A DNA stretch of 64,000 nt from Tubulanus polymorphus (lineage: Eukaryota; Animalia; Nemertea): positions 19,782,467 to 19,846,466 of the forward strand of contig NC_134026.1 in assembly GCF_964204645.1 (NCBI RefSeq), given 5' to 3'. The notes beneath the pieces were generated by a model that worked only from the letters and a program-made list of their open reading frames with translations, had not been told where the DNA came from and did not search any database. Numbering within the stretch: the stretch's first letter is position 1; every line of letters begins with the position of its first letter. A program made the position numbers and the translations under genes. Shown piece after piece: positions 58,667 through 64,000 of this stretch.

Positions 58667-58982
58667 GTAAATAAACAGAGAGATTAAAAACCGACAATGA
58701 AACATGTTGAATAGAAAAATGTTAACCAGTAGATTCCATTTATTGCTTTAAATAAAAAATGACTTAGTAATTCGTGGTATCTTTTAGTTTAATTCTACTA
58801 TTGACCTTATAAAACCATCATCTCTACCTCAGCCTTGTCTTGAAAGGTTAGAATTTTATGAAAGATCACTCACTGCTTATCACTACATATTGTAGCAATT
58901 GTGGGCATTTTTATTGTACAATGTATTGCATTGTATATCATTCTGGTATTTTGCATGATTGGTATCATCATGTATTTTACAG

Positions 58983-59151
58983 GTACCCCGATGCTCGACA
59001 AAAGCAGCGGAAAATCATATTTCATTCAGGCCCGACGAATAGCGGTAAAACATACCACGCGTTGCAAAGATTTATGAATGCCAAATCCGGTGTTTACTGT
59101 GGTCCGCTGAAACTACTGGCATCGGAGGTTTTTCATAAGGCAAATGCTGCC
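58983..59151 (+). CDS. SUPV3L1: SUPV3L1 exon 5 (helicase Walker A GPTNSGKT)
   Basis: [57 protein letters not shown]. Acceptor ttttacag| and donor GCC|gtaagt. Confidence 0.9.
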
Positions 59152-59905
59152 GTAAGTACTATAGCAGGGTGACCACGAATCTGGAAAACAGGGAAAACAC
59201 AGGGAAATGATTTTTCTCAGGGAAAACACAGGGATATTGGTAAAATCTGGAAAACACTTTTGTCTCGCACGCGCGTTTTCTTCGCGAATGTTTACAATTG
59301 ACTACCTGATTATATATCAAGGATCATATGGTAAGTAATACAAAGTTATAGCGCCACTTTCTAACAAATTTGTAAAATCACAGCGGAGCTATATCAGACG
59401 ATAGGCTGCTTGTCTTTTAATTTTATATTTGTCATGGTCTCCATATGACGCCCAGCACAGGGAAAATCAACTTTTCACAGGGAAAACACAGGGAAAACAG
59501 GGAATTTGCAAGTGGGTGGTTTGTGGTCACCCTGTATAATGTTTGCAGGTATTGTCCAGAGGGGTGCATTTGAACTAGCAGCTTATTCAAAAAGTGCCAT
59601 ATAAAGACTATTATTATCCTTATCATCGTTGTTATTATTATGCAGTCTTTACTGGGTAAACTTAAGTTCCGTAAATGTAAAATCATCGGTTATTCCATAA
59701 ATATGTAACCTGGTTTCTATGCATATATGTATTTTGAACAGTACCTACTATTCTAAGACATTTCCATCCATCTACAGTACCTGCTATTTTTTGTGATAGA
59801 TTTTTATGATGGGATTGGGTGTCAAGAGAAATAAAATGTGCTATTCTGATATTTTATTTGAGATTTTTACTTTGCGTATTGACTCAAACCTATTTCTGCG
59901 CTTAG

Positions 59906-60017
59906 GGTACGTTGTGTGATCTTGTGACCGGTGAAGAAAGGATTTATGCTGATCCAGAAGGCAATGCATCACCTCACGTGGCTTGTACTGTGGAAATGTG
60001 TAGCGTCATCACACCTT
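59906..60017 (+). CDS. SUPV3L1: SUPV3L1 exon 6
   Basis: [37 protein letters not shown] resembles human [37 protein letters not shown]. Donor T|gtaagt. Confidence 0.9.
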
Positions 60018-60082
60018 GTAAGTTTGTTATACAGAGTTTTCTGCTATATTCATGGGCTGATCTAGAAAAATTTTATATAAGG

Positions 60083-62412
60083 CTCAAAATGGGGTCCCAA
60101 AATTAATTCAGATATACGCAATGCATAGGCCTAAACTCAATTCATGATATAGCCCTATATACATGATATCAAAAATACATAAAGATCTTGATGTAAACTA
60201 CCTAGTAATATTTGGCATAAATCTTTAATTCAATGTAATTCGCTGTAATTAAATTGTAATAAGCTGTAATAGCTGTAATAACCATATAAAACATACGTAA
60301 TATTTGGCATAAATCTTTGATTCAATGTAATTCGCTGTAATTAAAGTGTAATAAGCTGTAATTGCTGTAATAACCATATAAAAAATACGTAATATTTGGC
60401 ATAAATCTGTAATTCAATGTAATTCGCTGTAATCGAGGTGTAATAAGCTGTAATAGCTGTAATAACCAGATAAAACATAGTAATATTTGGCATAAATCTG
60501 TAATTCAATGTAATTCACTGTAATCGAGGTGTAATAAGCTGTAACAGCTGTAATAACCAGATAAAACCTAGTAATATTTGGCATAAATCTGTAATTCAAT
60601 GTAATTCGCTGTAATCGTGGTGTAATAAGCTGTAACAGCTGTAATAACCAGATAAAACCTAGTAATATTTGGCATAAATCTGTAATTCAATGTAATTCGC
60701 TGTAATTAAAGTGTAATAAGCTGTAATAGTTGTAATAACCAGATAAAACCTAGTAATATTTGGCATAAATCTGTAATTCAAATTGAATTAGGCCTACAGA
60801 TTTATGCCAAATATTACTAGGTTTTATCTGGTTATTACAACTATTACAGCTTATTACACTTTAATTACAGCGAATTACATTGAATCAATGTAATTCGCTG
60901 TAATTAAAGTGTAATAAGCTGTAACAGCTGTAATAACCAGATAAAACCTAGTAGTATTTGGCATAAATCTGTAATTCAATGTAATTCGCTGTAATTAAAG
61001 TGTAATAAGCTGTAATAGTTGTAATAACCAGATAAAACATACATAATATTTGGCATAAATTTGTAATTCACTGTAATTCGCTGTAATTAAAGTGTAATAA
61101 GCTGTAATAGCTGTAATAACCAGATAAAACCTAGTAATATTTGGCATAAATCTGTAATTCAATGTAATTCGCTGTAATCGAAGTGTAATAAGCTGTAATA
61201 GTTGTAATAACCAGATAAAACATACGTAATATTTGGCATAAATCTGTAATTCAATGTAATTCGCTGTAATTAAAGTGTAATAAGCTGTAATAACCAGATA
61301 AAACCTAGTAATATTTGGCTTAAATCTGTAATTCAATGTAATTCGCTGTAATCGAGGTGTAATAAGCTGTAATAGTTGTAATAACCAGATAAAACATACG
61401 TAATATTTGGCATAAATTTGTAATTCAATGTAATTCGCTGTAATTAAAGTGTAATAAGCAGTAATAGCTGTAATAACCAGATAAAACCTAGTAATATTTG
61501 GCTTAAATCTGTAATTCAATGTAATTCGCTGTAATCGAGGTGTAATAAGCTGTAATAGTTGTAATAACCAGATAAAACATACGTAATATTTGGCATAAAT
61601 TTGTAATTCAATGTAATTCGCTGTAATTAAAGTGTAATAAGCTGTAATAGCTGTAATAACCAGATAAAACATACGTAATATTTGGCATAAATTTGTAATT
61701 CAATGTAATTCGCTGTAATTAAAGTGTAATAAGCTGTAATAGCTGTAATAACCAGATAAAACCTAGTAATATTTGGCATAAATCTGTAATTCAATGTAAT
61801 TCACTGTAATCGAAGTGTAATAAGCTGTAACAGCTGTAACAACCAGATAAAACCTAGTAATATTTCACATAAATCTGTAATTCAATGTAATTCGCTGTAA
61901 TTAAAGTGTAATAAGCTGTAATAGTTGTAATAACCAGATAAAACCTTGTAATATTTGGCATAAATCTGTAATTCAATGTAATTTGCTGTAATTAAAGTGT
62001 AATAAGCTGTAATAGCTGTAATAACCAGATAAAACCGGCAACCTGTAAAACCTGTTATTACAGTCATTACAGCTTATTACACCCTAATTACAGCGAATTA
62101 CATTTAATTACAGATTTATGCCAAATATTACTGGTTTTATCTGGCTATTACAGCTATTACAGCTTATTACACCTCGATTACAGTGAATTACATTGAATTA
62201 CAGATTTGCGCAAAACCTTTCATTTCTCTTCAGAAAGTTACTGTTTATTAGGCCTATAAACATACATGCATAGGCTATTTGATGTATGCCTGTATAATGA
62301 ATTGAGTTTAGGCCTATGCTAAATAAGGCTAAATAAAGCCAGGGACTTTATTACAAATTACATGTAATATGAAAAAAAAAGTTAATTTTGGGACCCCATT
62401 TTAAGCCACAAA
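60083..62412. mobile_element. Foldback-like element filling SUPV3L1 intron 6
   Basis: Imperfect terminal inverted repeats (ggggtcccaaaatt...gcataggcctaaactcaattcat versus reverse complement at 62260..62412). Inverted terminal satellite units at 60781..60900 and 62040..62215 bracket the internal array. Confidence 0.65.
60198..62040 (+). repeat. about 20 tandem copies of a 91-bp satellite unit with ctgtaat sub-repeats
   Basis: taatatttggcataaatctgtaattcaatgtaattcgctgtaattaaagtgtaataagctgtaatagctgtaataaccagataaaacatacg recurs with period 91..92. The 225-aa ORF at 60995..61672 is a repeat artefact. Confidence 0.9.
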
Positions 62413-62656
62413 TGAAAAATTTGGGTCGAGAAAAAAAAGGAAAGGTATTCATTGGAAGAAGCAGCCATCTCTAAGGCTGCGGGTGTGCGGTTCTTGTTGG
62501 TGTTGGAAATATGTAGATATCTGAAGAAATACATTTCAAAAGATGCGATAAATTTGCGAGGAGATGAGTATCAAATTTGCAGATTTCTGCCTTGACATTA
62601 AAATGAATACCTCATCGCTATAGGTATCCAGATCCCTGAGAATACCCCCTGGATCT

Positions 62657-62731
62657 CATTCTCCCTCGGCAGGGATTTTTACCTGATGGCTTTGCTTGAC
62701 TCATCAAGTTCGAAACCCTGCTGGGGATGAT
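62657..62731. mobile_element. short internally deleted copy of MITE family D in SUPV3L1 intron 6
   Basis: cattctccctcggcagggatttttacctgatggc ... gactcatcaagttcgaaaccctgctggggatg. Confidence 0.55.
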
Positions 62732-63039
62732 GTCTAGGTCTGTCCCTGCTTTACAAGATATTGTTGAATTCATTTGTGGTGGTGGTCTTTATACGCCCAA
62801 AAATTCAATGGCTTCTTGGAAATATTTTAGTGGGAACATCCCAATTAGTTATACATGCAATTCTGTGTAGATAGATAATTATAATAATTATTTTGCAATG
62901 GTAAACTGATACACAATTATCATATTCATGTTGTAATACAAGGGCCTTGAAGAGCCAATGAAATTTTATACATGTATTAACTAAACAAAGCACTCGCACA
63001 CAAATAGAAAACACCTAACTTATATTATTTCTCATTCAG

Positions 63040-63117
63040 ATGATGTGGCAGTAATTGATGAAATCCAAATGGTGAATGAACGACAGCGAGGATGGGCATG
63101 GACGAGGGCTTTATTAG
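63040..63117 (+). CDS. SUPV3L1: SUPV3L1 exon 7 (DEIQ box)
   Basis: [26 protein letters not shown] resembles human [26 protein letters not shown]. Acceptor ttctcattcag| and donor G|gtttgt. Confidence 0.9.
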
Positions 63118-63683
63118 GTTTGTATTTTCTGAAATGCTTCAAGGGTTGCAATATACAAAAAAGCAAAAAGTGTGATTATTCAAATTCAAGTTGCATATTC
63201 ACGTTCATGTTTTCAATAAGCGCAAAACTTAACCATTTTCAGATTAACAGTTTTTGTGAAATTCTTATCGACTGGTTCCGGTCTAAACTTACAGCCTCAT
63301 ACAAGCCGTAAAGGCTTAATTCTAATTTCTTACTGAGGGAGGCTGTCCTTATTGGTAATCCCTAGACTAGAGAATTTTCATGGGTTCTAATTGGAGTTGA
63401 AAACTATAGAGTAATGCAGTGGTTTCTATTGGTTGCGTACTGTAGGATGTACTGTGGATCTATTGGGCTGTAGAAATGATTTGATGTGAAACGACTTGAT
63501 CAATAAAATCCAAGTTGGATGTTATGTATAGTGTCACAAGAAATATTTTAAAAAAACATCCAAGTTGAGTGGTTATCCGATTTGCTCGGATTTAACTTGG
63601 GAGGAGTCTACTGTGGTACATTTGTCACTCACATTGCTTATAAGATATTTTCATAAAATGATAGTGATTTTATTCATCCGTAG

Positions 63684-63775
63684 GTGTTTGTGCCGATGAA
63701 ATCCATGTTTGTGGTGAAGGTACGGCAATCGACTTGGTAAAAGAGCTCATGATGGCAACCGGTGATCATGTTGAG
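63684..63775 (+). CDS. SUPV3L1: SUPV3L1 exon 8
   Basis: [31 protein letters not shown] resembles human [31 protein letters not shown]. Donor GAG|gtatta. Confidence 0.85.
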
Positions 63776-63956
63776 GTATTATAATAATAATAATAATAAT
63801 AATAAAATCTATTTTTATATAGCGCTAAATCTCATTATGACTCGGAGCGCTTTATGATTAATTTCCAACCTTCGGATGTGAAATTCTCATCTTAGTATTC
63901 TAAATGGATATAACGTGAATTTGTAATGATATTTCATTTGCATTTTGACAACTCAG

Positions 63957-64000
63957 GTCAGACGTTACAAGCGGTTGACGAAACTGACGTATTTGGACAA
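63957..64000 (+). CDS. SUPV3L1: SUPV3L1 exon 9, truncated by the window end
   Basis: VRRYKRLTKLTYLD resembles human VRDYKRLTPISVLD. Acceptor caactcag|. Confidence 0.75.

Noticed and set aside
60995-61672. 225-aa minus-strand ORF (ITAITAYYTLITANYIELQIYAKYY... repeated)
   Set aside because: It lies entirely within the 91-bp satellite. The periodic peptide is an artefact of reading through tandem repeats.
60198-62040. Regularly spaced direct repeats that could superficially look like a CRISPR array
   Set aside because: The units are 91 bp and contiguous, with no unique spacers. The context is eukaryotic and intronic, and the array is flanked by inverted repeats. It is a satellite or foldback element, not CRISPR.
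1-64000. Prokaryotic-type features (operons, RBS, CRISPR-Cas, defence islands)
   Set aside because: GT/AG introns throughout, metazoan gene content (TEP1, SUPV3L1, 7TM receptors) and abundant MITE/SINE/LINE repeats show this is animal nuclear DNA.

Overview
This window is eukaryotic (metazoan) nuclear DNA. It is AT-rich, intron-containing, packed with MITE, SINE and foldback-type repeats, and shows no prokaryotic signals.

Minus strand. Two long genes and one short one can be supported.
- A TEP1-like gene (telomerase/vault-associated protein 1) of at least 40 kb, running from about 50.1 kb down to 10.7 kb. I can follow TROVE/vWA (Ro60-like) exons, an RGG-box exon, a split DUF4062, a NACHT NTPase (Walker A GKSGSGKT, Walker B LILFLDGLD) and about 25 WD40 exons ending at a stop at 10706. 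Most splice junctions are phase-consistent across neighbouring exons.
- An intronless class-A GPCR (33062..34171) lies inside the 7.7 kb TEP1 intron that splits DUF4062, on the same strand.
- A second intronless GPCR (1990..2949) sits head-to-head with a roughly 85 % identical paralog on the plus strand (6736..7698).

Plus strand. The 5' part of a SUPV3L1 (SUV3 mitochondrial RNA helicase) ortholog runs from the ATG at 55568 in nine exons to the window end. Its promoter and exon 1 lie inside a ~4 kb inverted-repeat structure with two nested foldback elements. Intron 6 carries a second foldback-like element filled with a 91-bp satellite.

Other content: a CR1/L2-like LINE tail at the window start, several MITE families (one tRNA-derived with an 8/9 matching 9-bp target-site duplication), SINE-like families, a 155-bp tandem array, and an interrupted 5S-rRNA-like Pol III element upstream of TEP1.

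All exon coordinates were derived by hand from the translated sequence and splice signals and may be off by a few bases.
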